A stretch of DNA of 60,213 nucleotides, the filler included. It is 8 parts of 8 records of this genome, joined end to end, with 100 filler letters (N's around TTAATTAATTAA, not from the genome) between each part and the next. Parts side by side here need not be neighbours in the genome. Positions count along the whole stretch, not along the records: positions 28,194 to 39,179 come from DRR723986_26450; positions 39,280 to 45,887 come from DRR723986_26469; 6 more parts are not named here. One strand, written 5' to 3'. The notes below the pieces were generated by a model, which saw nothing but the letters and a program-made list of their open reading frames with translations, was not told where the DNA came from and ran no database searches. The position numbers and the translations under genes were made by a program. This document shows, piece after piece, positions 29,100 through 39,584 of the stretch (positions within the stretch are counted from its first letter, which is position 1; the number at the start of each line of letters is the position of its first letter).

Positions 29100-30389
29100 T
29101 TAAAGGTCGAACTTGAGAACGTCCCCGATACTTTCAAGCTTCTTACGGCGCTCTTCAACGTCTTTCTCTGGACGTGCGGTAGAACCGAATAATTCTGTTC
29201 TTAGCTTTGCCATCATCTGTTTGCTTTCACGGCTTAGCTCCCGAGGTTTTTCCTCTTCACGTTTAAGCTTCTGCCACCATTCAGGCGTGCCTCGAGTGCC
29301 TTTGTGGGCCTTATCAATTGAGTCGACTAGGAATGCCATTGGGCTCGCACTGAAGAACTTCTTACCGAATCGCTCCTGGGCCGCTTGAGTGATATCGCAC
29401 CATTCGCTGAGAAGGCGGGAAGGGAAGCGACGGATGAGGCGAATAGCAGGATCGTCCTCAAACCCAATGTTGCGAAGCGTTTCTAGGAGAGGGGAGTTGT
29501 AGGCGTCTGCTTGGTAGCTTCGCCTCTTTACTTCCTTGAAGTAGAGCCCTTGAGACATTTTGACGAAGTAGTTTCCTGGCTTGGTTCGAAAGACCTCGCC
29601 GTCACTGATAACGTGCATTTCTTCTAGCTTCTTGATGCAGCGGCTTACCTTGGCTTTCATCTCGGCAGTGGAGAGCGAATCGCTAAACCCTAGAAGGTCT
29701 ACGGCAACGTGCTCAAGCTTCAGGGCCTTGAGTTGTTTGCGGCGAGAGAGCACCTTGCTTGCGAACAGGAATAAACGCCTACTAGCGTTGTCTAGCTCGC
29801 GGTATACGGCGAGATCGAAGCGAAATTGGCCCGCAGCATGCTTTACCATTTCGAAGAACAGAGGGTCCCACACGATTCGCCAGGCACGAGACGACTTGGG
29901 GTCTTCAGGGAGGCTATAGCTGAAAAAGCCAAAGCTTACTCTACGGTGTTCTGAACGCACCGGGTCATAGAACCCGTCGTTCATGTAGGTCACTGCTGAT
30001 AGTCGTTTGAGGGCATCAGCAAACTGTTTGTATTGGCGTCCACCTCGTTTGTTTGTTTGGTTGATAACTCCAAGTTGGCGGAGTATCCAATGCGGCGTAG
30101 CGACGAGCTCAGGCTCTGCATCGGCCGGTAGTAGGCTTAAGGCTAGCAGGCCCCAAAGGTAAAGCTCATCGGCGGCAGAAAGTCCAAGTGGAGAGAACAC
30201 TCGAGCTTGGGCGTAAGACCTGGTTCCGTGCTCATTGGGAAAGGAATACTTCGTTGCATAGACGAGGTTATCCACGAGAGATGCTCTGGGGTTCAGGGGG
30301 CAGAGTGCATGCTCCACAAGCGAGAGCTGGCCGAGTCCGGTTACTCGGTTGGGTTCCGACGTTTCTACTGGCTTTCTCTTGGCTGACAT
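29100..30389 (-). CDS. Putative plasmid/ICE replication initiator protein
   Basis: 429 aa next to iterons and parAB; Rep-like segments (DELYLWGLL, YRELDNASRRLFLF); family by context and resemblance only. Confidence 0.6.
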   Translation of the reverse strand: MSAKRKPVETSEPNRVTGLGQLSLVEHALCPLNPRASLVDNLVYATKYSFPNEHGTRSYAQARVFSPLGLSAADELYLWGLLALSLLPADAEPELVATPHWILRQLGVINQTNKRGGRQYKQFADALKRLSAVTYMNDGFYDPVRSEHRRVSFGFFSYSLPEDPKSSRAWRIVWDPLFFEMVKHAAGQFRFDLAVYRELDNASRRLFLFASKVLSRRKQLKALKLEHVAVDLLGFSDSLSTAEMKAKVSRCIKKLEEMHVISDGEVFRTKPGNYFVKMSQGLYFKEVKRRSYQADAYNSPLLETLRNIGFEDDPAIRLIRRFPSRLLSEWCDITQAAQERFGKKFFSASPMAFLVDSIDKAHKGTRGTPEWWQKLKREEEKPRELSRESKQMMAKLRTELFGSTARPEKDVEERRKKLESIGDVLKFDL

Positions 30390-30522
30390 CTCCTTGCCCT
30401 CAGATGCTTTAAGTTGATTAAACCAACTAGCACGGGGCAGGGGATTTTGAAACAGGAAAGTTAGTTAGACCCTAGAGGTTAAGTGTCGCGAATTCGGAAG
30501 TCAGTACGGCGACTTAGTACTG

Positions 30523-30539
30523 AATTGCAAATTGCAATT
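30523..30539. promoter_or_regulatory. 17-bp palindrome AATTGCAA-A-TTGCAATT (parS/operator candidate); identical copies at 31654-31670 and 32583-32599
   Basis: Three exact copies, each upstream of a gene; the first two are followed directly by TTGACA. Confidence 0.75.
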
Positions 30540-30744
30540 TTGACAATAACCACATGGCCTGGTAGTAAACCACGGAAAAACGCACCATTTTGCTGCTATA
30601 TGCGGGTAGAGGAACTTGCTGCTCTCGGTCGGACTCAATTGAGTTGGGGCGAGAGGTGGTAAGAAGCTTAGGTTTTAGAGAAGCGTTTCCTGGTCGAGTA
30701 ACGAGCCGGAAACGTTTCTATGTCTAACCCCTTTTGAGGAATGA

Positions 30745-31518
30745 ATGACCGATGCGAAATCGCTTGCTGAAGAGCTACGCACGACTCGAAAACAACTAGC
30801 TTCTGCTGAACGAACTATCGAGAGTGTGCTTCAAAGAAACCGGGAAGAATTGCGAATAATTCATCGCGATCACCAACTAGCGTTCGACCTACTACATCAA
30901 GACCCCAAGTATGTGGACTGCGAGATGAATCTGCAGTTGCTTTGCCTGGGGGCACAGCTGTTACTCAATGAACAGGAGCTTTGGGTGCCACCTGGTGTCC
31001 TTAGTGGGGAAATCGAAGTTGGAAGCCCGTGGCCTGAGGACTTCAAGATCAAGGAGTTTCAGGTTGTTTGGGTATGCCCGATTCTTCTCCATCATTTGCT
31101 GTGGTTTCTTATGGACGAAGAGGGCAACCTCCGAGGAAATATCACAGATGAAGAGTTAAAGGCTGAACCTAAGGAAATTGTGGACGTTGACAAGAACTAC
31201 TCGAAGCAAGTCCTTGTCGACAACCTGATATGGACGGTACTAAATCTGTGCCGGAATGGTTTAGCCGATGCTGAGAAAGACGGCCAGGAATTGTTCCCAA
31301 CACTTCGGGAGTTTCCTGACCATCGTCTAATGCTTGGGCTTACAAAACACGAACGAGGTATCGTCCACTACACGCCGGAAACGATTCTTAGAGCTTTCAC
31401 TGAGGACCTCAAGGCGGTTCAGGAAGTTCTTGGGGTGTTTCGATCGGCGAGGGAAAGATACGAATCTGGCAGACGGCAAGAGTTGTCTGAATCTATACGA
31501 GTCTTGCTCAACGTCTAG
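30745..31518 (+). CDS. Hypothetical protein
   Basis: 257 aa with GAGG RBS. Confidence 0.75.
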   Translation: MTDAKSLAEELRTTRKQLASAERTIESVLQRNREELRIIHRDHQLAFDLLHQDPKYVDCEMNLQLLCLGAQLLLNEQELWVPPGVLSGEIEVGSPWPEDFKIKEFQVVWVCPILLHHLLWFLMDEEGNLRGNITDEELKAEPKEIVDVDKNYSKQVLVDNLIWTVLNLCRNGLADAEKDGQELFPTLREFPDHRLMLGLTKHERGIVHYTPETILRAFTEDLKAVQEVLGVFRSARERYESGRRQELSESIRVLLNV

Positions 31519-31907
31519 TCGTTATTCGAAGACTCGTATTTTGGGGAGGTTCGCTGAACTTCGGTTTGCTTCTTACGCCTCCCCTCAAATCTTCCGCGGA
31601 CCCCTCAGCTAAACGCCACCTGATTTCCTAATTATTTCGGTCGGTTGGCACAGAATTGCAAATTGCAATTTTGACAGAGGAAGGCCCCAGTGAAACAGTA
31701 TGAGAAGTTTTCTCATAACAATGCTGGGAATTTGCATCGATAAATAAGAGTAGAAGTCTATATCACTCTCGGTCGAGCTCGTTTGAGTTGGGACGAGAGG
31801 TGAAAGAGTCAAGAGGTTTCAAATTCCTTCGAGGGAAAGCAAGGGTAGTTCTTAGACTTTGAGGTCTAAGAACTGCTTTTGCATTTACATTTAACCCCGA
31901 GGAATAA

Positions 31908-32363
31908 ATGGAGTTTTCGAAAGAACGCTTGAAAGTAGCGTTCGAGCTAATCATCTCAGCCGAAGGTGCCTATGACTTGGACATCGATGTGCGAGCTCAT
32001 GCAAGGCTCGAAGCGAGCAACTGGCGTTATAAGCCCTTGCCGATTTCGCGCCGTGGCACGACGGAAGACGTTTTTGATTTCCTGGATCGTCTAGATAGTG
32101 AATTGCGTCGGGATGTCATTGCCACCGCCCGAAGTCTCTGCTTGGGACTAGGACTTTACGACATGAACATGGCAGCCAATCGGCTAGGCAATAATTTCCC
32201 GCTGTTCTCCTACGAAGAGTATATGTGGGTTTGTAGCCAACTTAGTGGGTACCCCAAAAGCAACCAGGATGAACCACGGTTTAGCCCCGAGAAGCTCTCA
32301 GAAGTTCTTGAGCAACTTCTGCAGGCACTCTTGGAAGCACAGCTTTTCGTTCAGCAGTGGTAA
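31908..32363 (+). CDS. Hypothetical protein
   Basis: 151 aa with GAGG RBS. Confidence 0.7.
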   Translation: MEFSKERLKVAFELIISAEGAYDLDIDVRAHARLEASNWRYKPLPISRRGTTEDVFDFLDRLDSELRRDVIATARSLCLGLGLYDMNMAANRLGNNFPLFSYEEYMWVCSQLSGYPKSNQDEPRFSPEKLSEVLEQLLQALLEAQLFVQQW

Positions 32364-32630
32364 TTTAAACGGCAGCGTTCCTAAACGCGGTGCCGTTTGG
32401 TGGGCGGAGTTTTAGAAGAACGGTTGTTCGTCTCTTGCACCTCCCATCAACTATCCCTTTCTCAAGCCTCAAAAGTCTGACGCAAACGACACGTACCCCC
32501 AGAAGCTTGACGAACATAATCCTTGACGACCTTCCCCACTTCGTGCCAGCTTATCCGAAGTGATTCCAGCAACTTAAGTGATAATTGCAAATTGCAATTC
32601 TTCAATGTTGCCAGTGGCTTGGGAGGATGT

Positions 32631-33443
32631 ATGGCCGCAGTAACGCTCTGCCTAATCAATCAGAAAGGAGGATGTGGGAAGAGTTCCACTTGCTTTCACC
32701 TAGCCGGAGCCTTTGCTGCAGAGGGCTACTCGGTCCTGATTGTTGATGCTGACCCTCAAGGCTCGCTAAGCCAGGGCTTCTTTGGTTCTGATGTTATCGA
32801 GAACCTTCCAGCGAACGAAACAATCGCAGCCATCTTCGATGACAACAGCTTCTTTCTAGACCAACGCTCTTTGGTTCAACCTACTGATTTTCCTGGGATT
32901 TCTGTAGTTAGAACGAATCAAAGTCTTGCCCCTTACAACGCCCCCTGCCCCGAAGATGCAGGGATGATTCAATACTCGATGAGGGACTTCCTTGAGCAGT
33001 TCGATGAATACGACGTCGTTCTTATTGATTGCCCGCCAAACCTCTATCAATGCAGTTGGAATGCTATGATTGCTTCTGACTACGTTGTGATTCCTGTCCC
33101 GCCCGAAGACTTCGCGACGCAAGGACTAAGAGCAGTCCACCAGTGCATCGATAACGCTCGAAAGCTGAATCCCAAACTCAGACGTCTTGGCCATCTTGTG
33201 ACGCGTTTTGATAGACGGCTGCTCGTGCATTGTTCCTATGAAGAGCGGATTCGAGGCATCTACCGGCATATGGTTCTCGATACTGTCGTTCCAGAAGCCT
33301 CTGCATTCAAGGTTGCACTCGCCTGTAGAAAGCCAGTGGAGTTTTACTCGAAGAAGAGTAAGGCAGCAGTCAGTATGCGGAGCCTGGTTAACGAATTGGT
33401 GAATCGCATCGCAGATAGAAACGAGAAGCGAAGAATTGGATAA
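32631..33443 (+). CDS. parA: ParA-family ATPase
   Basis: NQKGGCGKS deviant Walker A, DADPQGSLS, IDCPP; GGAGG RBS before ATG 32631. Confidence 0.93.
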   Translation: MAAVTLCLINQKGGCGKSSTCFHLAGAFAAEGYSVLIVDADPQGSLSQGFFGSDVIENLPANETIAAIFDDNSFFLDQRSLVQPTDFPGISVVRTNQSLAPYNAPCPEDAGMIQYSMRDFLEQFDEYDVVLIDCPPNLYQCSWNAMIASDYVVIPVPPEDFATQGLRAVHQCIDNARKLNPKLRRLGHLVTRFDRRLLVHCSYEERIRGIYRHMVLDTVVPEASAFKVALACRKPVEFYSKKSKAAVSMRSLVNELVNRIADRNEKRRIG

Positions 33444-33464
33444 CAAGAACTAGATACGGAAAGG

Positions 33465-34376
33465 ATGGCAAGCACACGCAATACCCTTGAAAGAATCAAA
33501 GCTAAAGTGGATGAATCCATGGGCTTAAGAACCAATGATTCAAAGCCCAAGCTAAGTCCAGTTGCAAATGCAAAAGACGTGGGAAGACGGGCACTTAGAA
33601 CCTTTGGGACGCTCGATATCAATAGCTTGATACCAGATCCAGAGCAGCCACGACGGGAGTTTGACGAGGCCGAGCTCGAGCTTCTTGCGGAGTCCCTAAA
33701 AGAAAAGGGCCAGCTTCATCCAATCCGCGTCAGGTGGTCAGAACAGCATTCGAAATGGATCATCATTTCAGGTGAGCGTCGATTCCGAGCTTCCCGAATC
33801 GCTGGGCTTCCGAGTGTTCAATGTCACTTCGTGGATGACCACTTGAGCAAGTCAGAGATTCTCGAGCAGCAGTTAATTGAGAACTTGGTCAGAGAAGACC
33901 TAAAGCCGCTTGAAGAAGCACGGGCATTTGAAGCACTTAGGGAAGTCACCGGATGGACCAGCAAGCAGCTAGCTGAATCGATTAGCGTGACTCCTTCTAA
34001 AGTGACTCGCTCTCTTTCGCTTCTAAAGTTACCTGAGGATATCCAGGAACGAGTCGAAGCGGGACTTATCGCATCGAGCACAGCTTACGAATTGAGCAAG
34101 CTAAGCAACGTCGATCAGATGCGAGCAGCACTGCAAAACTCTGAGGCTTCAGCTTCCACTCAGCTAACGGTCACGCAAGCACGCAAACAAGTGAGTCAGC
34201 GACGCGGGAAAGCAAAGCCAAAGTCGCGTGGCGTAAAGCAAACGTTCAGCACTGCCGCGGGCCCCAAGATCGTGGTTACTTCGAGTAGCCCAAGTAGCTA
34301 CGAGGCAATCGAGCAAGCACTTGAAGAAGCTTTGGATGAGGTGCGTCACAGAATCGAGAACAACGTGCAATTGTAG
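33465..34376 (+). CDS. parB: ParB/Spo0J-family partition protein
   Basis: QPRREFD, GERRFRA, IENLVREDLKPLEEA, HTH. Confidence 0.93.
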   Translation: MASTRNTLERIKAKVDESMGLRTNDSKPKLSPVANAKDVGRRALRTFGTLDINSLIPDPEQPRREFDEAELELLAESLKEKGQLHPIRVRWSEQHSKWIIISGERRFRASRIAGLPSVQCHFVDDHLSKSEILEQQLIENLVREDLKPLEEARAFEALREVTGWTSKQLAESISVTPSKVTRSLSLLKLPEDIQERVEAGLIASSTAYELSKLSNVDQMRAALQNSEASASTQLTVTQARKQVSQRRGKAKPKSRGVKQTFSTAAGPKIVVTSSSPSSYEAIEQALEEALDEVRHRIENNVQL

Positions 34377-34429
34377 CTTCTTTCTAGATGTAACTTTACT
34401 GCAAAAATGGACCGTGGTACTCCTACCCT

Positions 34430-34771
34430 ATGTTGAAGGAATACCACGGAATCATCACGGTTGATGGGCTACTTGCACTTAGCCTCGGCAACGCTGGTGC
34501 AGTGCATGTGGATGTTCCCTTCTTGTTGTTCTGGGCACTGCTAACCAACGAGCAGGCCAACGAGATTAAGTCCGAACTTCTTTGGGGTGATCGACACCGT
34601 GCAATCTACCTCTTGAACCTCTACGCGGTATCCATCGGGAGAATTAGTCGTACAAGTCGTACAGAATCCAGAGTGGAAATTGAGCCCAGACCACCCGCAC
34701 CGAAGGTCGCGTGTAAAGTCATTCAACTGTACGAGAAGTGTACGAGAACTACTGGTAAATCCTCGCATTAG
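34430..34771 (+). CDS. Hypothetical protein
   Basis: 113-aa ORF after parB; weak support. Confidence 0.45.
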   Translation: MLKEYHGIITVDGLLALSLGNAGAVHVDVPFLLFWALLTNEQANEIKSELLWGDRHRAIYLLNLYAVSIGRISRTSRTESRVEIEPRPPAPKVACKVIQLYEKCTRTTGKSSH

Positions 34772-34888
34772 GTGTAAGATCTGGACACGAGGCGAAAATA
34801 GCCAACTCACTTTTGAGCAAGTAAAACCAAGGCCAAACCGCAGTTTTCCGAGTCGAACCAGACTCCGCTTTACGGGCATTTTTGTGAC

Positions 34889-34930
34889 CTTCGGAACCGA
34901 GGGTTATAGGTTCGAATCCTATCGGGCGTG
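34889..34930 (+). mobile_element. att site: 3' half of a tRNA-Arg (probably anticodon TCG)
   Basis: CTTCGGA loop, ACCGA, GGGTT, ATAGG-TTCGAAT-CCTAT T-arm, CGGGCGT-G acceptor; no D-arm or 5' anticodon strand upstream. Confidence 0.78.
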
Positions 34931-35263
34931 CTTTGTTTTTCGGGGTCAAACGGCATTCGAGGCCGTTTTCTGAAGCGACTGGACAGCAACTTTCGCTGTC
35001 CATACCCCGCGAGAGGGCTTCTTGTTGACACCTCACTCGGCCTTCTTCGTCGGCGCTAGCAATTTCATCGCGTCTATCTGCGCCTGTTGATCTGCAGGTA
35101 AACCGCTTCTTGCTCGCTGTGTTTGCAGTAAACCGCCTCAACTATCACATGCGGTGTTGGCTTTTCGAGAATCCGACCTGGAAGCATGCGACTGAGGAAG
35201 GCGTACCGATGCAAACGCGTATGCTGTCACCCACCGTTCGGCTATGAGATCGTAGCTGCCAAC

Positions 35264-35337
35264 GTAGTGGACGAGGTTACGAGTCCCGAGCCAGTCATGA
35301 GTCGCGAAGAAACCGGACTCGTAACCTCGTCAACTAC
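35264..35337. repeat. REP inverted pair (REPIN-like)
   Basis: GTAGTGGACGAGGTTACGAGTCC...GGACTCGTAACCTCGTCAACTAC. Confidence 0.88.
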
Positions 35338-35362
35338 TAATTGCTTCACTTAAAGAAAACTC

Positions 35363-36949
35363 ATGAATATACTGACACGTCCCCTTCTTAGCATTGTTCT
35401 GGTGCTCGCAAGCTGCTCCGGCCATCTGCTTGCCGGCGATGAACGACCCAACGTGGTGTTTATCGCTGTCGACGACATGAACGACTTTGTCGGATGTCTC
35501 GAGTCACGTCCCAACGCGATCACGCCCAACATTGATCGGTTAGCTGCACGTGGCGTGTGCTTTACGAACGCTCACACCGCAGGAGTCTTCTGCGCCCCCA
35601 GTCGCGCGGCGATCTTCTCTGGCCAGTACGCCTCGACAACAGGATGCTACGAAACGCCGAACTACTTTGTGCACCATCCAGAGATTGAATCGCTGCAGAC
35701 CAGCTTCACCAAAGCGGGCTACTCAACTCTGGGCGCTGGCAAGTTGTTCCATCATCCCGCTGGTGCGATCGACCAGCGAGGCTGGAGCGAGTACTTTCTG
35801 CGAAATCAGTTCCAACGTGAAGGCGGCTGGGCACTGGAATCGTGGAGTAGAGATACACCGGTGCCGCAGCCCTTTCCGGCCAGCGTTTACAACAAAGGCA
35901 AGCAGATCACCGGCGGACTGTTCCTGGAATGGGGAGCGGTTCCGGCAGAACGCGAAGAGGAAATGGCCGACACCATCCGAGCCAACTGGGCCGTCGAGCA
36001 ACTGAAACGAAAGCATGACAAGCCCTTCTTTCTGGCTTGCGGATTCTATGCTCCTCATTACCCCAACTACTGCCCGCAAAAGTACTTTGATCTGTACGAT
36101 CGAGACGCCATCGAAACACCGGCGTTCAAAGAAGATGACTTAGCGGACGTCGCGGACAAGATCCGCAAGCAGCGCCAAAACCGCAAGGCATTCCACTACG
36201 ACAAACTGGTTGCAATGGGTGCTTGGAAAGATGCGTTGCACGGCTACCTCGCTTGCACCAGCTACGCCGATGCGATGGTCGGACGGATTTTGGATGCACT
36301 TGAAGCGAGTCCCTATGCCGACAATACCATCGTCGTGCTTTGGAGCGACCACGGTTATCACCTGGGCGAGAAAGGCCAGTGGGGCAAGCACACATTGTGG
36401 GAACGAACTTCCAATGTGCCATTCGTCTGGGCAGGCCCCGGTGTGGCTAAAGGCAAACGCACCGATGCAACCGTCAGCCTGATTGATATCTACCCAACTC
36501 TGGTTGAAAAGTGCAACTTGCCGAAACCGCATCAGGAGCTGGAAGGAGTGTCGCTGACATCGACACTGAAGCGGCCGGCCGAAGCAGAAGACCGCCCGGT
36601 CTATCTGCCTTACACAAGTCCGGGCGAATACACGATGATGAATCGCGACTGGCGTTTCATCCATTACGACGACAAGAGCCAGGAGCTTTATAACGTCAAA
36701 ACGGATCCTCACGAGTGGAACAATCTCGCGTCTGATCCGCAGTACGCGAGCGTCATCGCGGGCCTGCAGGAATCAGCCCCAACCAAGTTTGCCGATCCGG
36801 AACCCAAGCTCAACGCCAGGAAAGATCTCGTCGTCGAAGGCGAAACGTTCCGCTGGGAGAAAGGCAAAGGCAACTACGTTCCTCATCCGAAGTATTTGCC
36901 TTACACCGCCCCAGCAATGAAGCAAAAGCAATCGAAGAAAGGGCGCTAA
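35363..36949 (+). CDS. Formylglycine-dependent sulfatase, secreted
   Basis: [11 protein letters not shown], catalytic [15 protein letters not shown]. Confidence 0.95.
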   Translation: MNILTRPLLSIVLVLASCSGHLLAGDERPNVVFIAVDDMNDFVGCLESRPNAITPNIDRLAARGVCFTNAHTAGVFCAPSRAAIFSGQYASTTGCYETPNYFVHHPEIESLQTSFTKAGYSTLGAGKLFHHPAGAIDQRGWSEYFLRNQFQREGGWALESWSRDTPVPQPFPASVYNKGKQITGGLFLEWGAVPAEREEEMADTIRANWAVEQLKRKHDKPFFLACGFYAPHYPNYCPQKYFDLYDRDAIETPAFKEDDLADVADKIRKQRQNRKAFHYDKLVAMGAWKDALHGYLACTSYADAMVGRILDALEASPYADNTIVVLWSDHGYHLGEKGQWGKHTLWERTSNVPFVWAGPGVAKGKRTDATVSLIDIYPTLVEKCNLPKPHQELEGVSLTSTLKRPAEAEDRPVYLPYTSPGEYTMMNRDWRFIHYDDKSQELYNVKTDPHEWNNLASDPQYASVIAGLQESAPTKFADPEPKLNARKDLVVEGETFRWEKGKGNYVPHPKYLPYTAPAMKQKQSKKGR

Positions 36950-36976
36950 CGGCGTGCAGCAGATTCGAATCGACCC

Positions 36977-37097
36977 GTAGTGGACGAGGTCACGAGTCCT
37001 CAACCATGCTATCCTTACCAATTCAACTCCGGTTTTCTGTATCGTGACGAGTGTTCGATGTGTTGGAGGGTGCTGGACTCGTGACCTCGTCCACTAC
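36977..37097. repeat. REP inverted pair upstream of RAYT
   Basis: GTAGTGGACGAGGTCACGAGTCC at 36977 and its reverse complement at 37075-37097. Confidence 0.9.
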
Positions 37098-37175
37098 AGA
37101 AATTTTTTGGCAGGTGACCTCGTGCAGGACAGGAATCTACTGAAAGGTGACGTCGTCCTATGCGGAGGGTATGAG

Positions 37176-37727
37176 ATGAAACGCGATCATCTTCGGCGGT
37201 TGCCGCGCGAATACTACACCGGTGACGCGATCGTTCACTGGTCCATCTGCATCCGTGACCGCAAGCAGGGCTGGCTGACCGCTGCGTTTCTTTACAGATT
37301 CCGCGAACTACTGACTCATACGATGTTCCGCTACGGGCTTGCCTGCCCAATTTTCTGTCTCATGCCAGACCACATCCACATGGTCTGGATGGGCCTTTGT
37401 GAAGGCAGCGATCAATTGAACGCCATGAAGCACTTCCGCACGCGTTGCGAGAATTCACTCCGTCGAATCAACTTCGATCTTCAGGACCAGGCTCACGATC
37501 ACGTGCTGAAAGACGAAGAGCGCAGGGACTTTCACAACGCATGCGAATACATCGCAAGAAACCCGGAACGTGCCGGCCTCGTGAAGCACGATCATTTCGC
37601 ATCTTACAAATACAGTGGATGTCTCGTTCCAGGGTATCCAGACCTCCGGCCATTTGAGAGCGGTTATTGGGACGAGTTTGACAAGATTATTTCCTACCTG
37701 AGAAAAGACGGCCTGATGCGCACGTAG
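37176..37727 (+). CDS. REP-associated tyrosine transposase (RAYT, Y1 HUH family)
   Basis: LMPDHIH HUH motif, QDQAHDH, YIARNPERAGL; flanked by GTAG REPs. Confidence 0.87.
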   Translation: MKRDHLRRLPREYYTGDAIVHWSICIRDRKQGWLTAAFLYRFRELLTHTMFRYGLACPIFCLMPDHIHMVWMGLCEGSDQLNAMKHFRTRCENSLRRINFDLQDQAHDHVLKDEERRDFHNACEYIARNPERAGLVKHDHFASYKYSGCLVPGYPDLRPFESGYWDEFDKIISYLRKDGLMRT

Positions 37728-37840
37728 TGGACGAGGTCACGAGTCCTGAACCAAGAACGCGTCCTATCCTCGCGGACTCGTGACGTGGGGACCTATCCCC
37801 GGGGACTGGTGATGTGGGGACTCGTGACCTCGTCCACTAC
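37724..37840. repeat. REP inverted pair downstream of RAYT, with internal partial copies
   Basis: REP at 37724-37746 contains the RAYT stop; inverse copy at 37818-37840. Confidence 0.9.
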
Positions 37841-37890
37841 CGCTGACAGATCCTGCCCAGCCAAACTCCCGAAGTGAGAATATACAACAC

Positions 37891-39151
37891 ATGAATCGAA
37901 TCATTTTTGCAGTGTCGATCTTCGTCGTGACCGTCACTCTGCCGCACGCCCAGGCCCAGGATCAGCGACCGCCGAACATCATCTTCATGTTCGCTGATGA
38001 TCTTGGTTATGGCGACTTGGGTTGCTACGGACATCCTTATGCCAAGACGCACGGGGCTCATGACCGGCGTGTTCCCAGCTCGATTCCCAAAGTATGCAGC
38101 CGATTTTGGCTTTGGAGACCGAACGACCGTTACCGAGCTTTTGAAGAAGCGGGGCTACAGCACCGGGCACTTTGGCAAGTGGCACATCGGGCCGGACGAC
38201 AGCGATGGTACTTATGGCATCGACACCATCAGGACGATCGGCAAGAGTCGCGATCGCTCCAAAGGACGCGATACCGATCTGTACTCGGCCGCCATCGAAT
38301 TCATCAAGCAGAACAAAGACGGGCCGTTTTATGTCAACATCTGGGGACACGCGACGCACTTTCCTGTAAACACTCCAACCGAGCTGGCTGGCCACTTCAA
38401 AGACGTGACAGTCGACCGACGAGACTTCTCGCCAGCCATGCAGCACAAGTTCGATGAGTGCCTGAAGATCGGAGGCGATCTGGACACTTCGATGCGTCAG
38501 TATCTCGGCGACGTCTACCAGATCGACTTAAACGTCGGGCGTGTACTCAAAGTGCTCGATGAACTTGGCCTGAGCGACGATACGATTGTGGTGTTCTCAA
38601 GTGACCATGGACCGGCCCCCGTACTCACTGGCAAGAAGGGCCCGCGCGAGTTCGCGAACAATATGTTGGGGTACGCGGGAATGTTTCGTGGCGGCAAGCA
38701 CGAGCAGTATGAGGGTGGCACTCGGGTTCCCTGCATCATTCGATGGCCCGGCAAGGTGCCTGCAGACCGCGTTGACAGAACAAGCATCTGTTCTTTCATC
38801 GACTGGCTTCCGACGCTCGGTACGATCGCGGGGGTTGATAAGCTACCCACCGAACTTGACGGCGAAGACATTTCGCAGGCGTGGTTCGGGGAAGACTACC
38901 AGCGAACAAAGCCGCTGTTTTGGAAGACGAGCAGCACGAACAGTCCTCCCGCGATTCGCGACGGCCAATGGAAGCTTCATCTAAATCGCAGACGGGATCA
39001 GGGCATCCAACTTTATGACCTAAGCGAAGACCCCAGCGAAAGCCGCAATGTCGCTGCAGACAACCCGAAGATTGTTGGCCGTCTCAAGAAATTGCTGCAC
39101 AATTGGGTCGCCGAACTGTCTGCGAACTATGAAAAGGCACAGGATCGATGA
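37891..39151 (+). pseudogene. Sulfatase with an internal deletion and frameshift at about 38050
   Basis: One frame gives [27 protein letters not shown], then another resumes at TGLMTG; the CxPxR segment is absent. Confidence 0.8.
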
Positions 39152-39584
39152 CTACAACGAGTATCGGCCACACGGCTCCNNNNNNNNNNNNNNNNNNNNN
39201 NNNNNNNNNNNNNNNNNNNNNNNTTAATTAATTAANNNNNNNNNNNNNNNNNNNNNNNNNNNNNNNNNNNNNNNNNNNNGATGCGACACAAGCCATTTAA
39301 TTTCAGCGGCAATTGCATGTAGTGACGTCATCTGGTATTGGGCTTTAACGGTGTACACAAACTCACTCTAAGGCGAATGCCGATTGTATTAATGGGCATT
39401 TCAGAAACTGATCTGCTCCTTATACAATTGCGTCATCACCGGCCCGCACCCCATTCCACACCCAGGATGTCGGTTTTGTTCAATTTTTGACGATCTTCTA
39501 TGCTTATCTTGCAACATATTCGATTCGACATCTACGTCACGGCCAAATCAACACATTGTTTAACCAACAAACAGGAACCTCAGC

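Noticed and set aside
34889-34930. Complete tRNA gene
   Set aside because: The 5' acceptor strand, D-arm and 5' anticodon strand are missing; treated as an att fragment.
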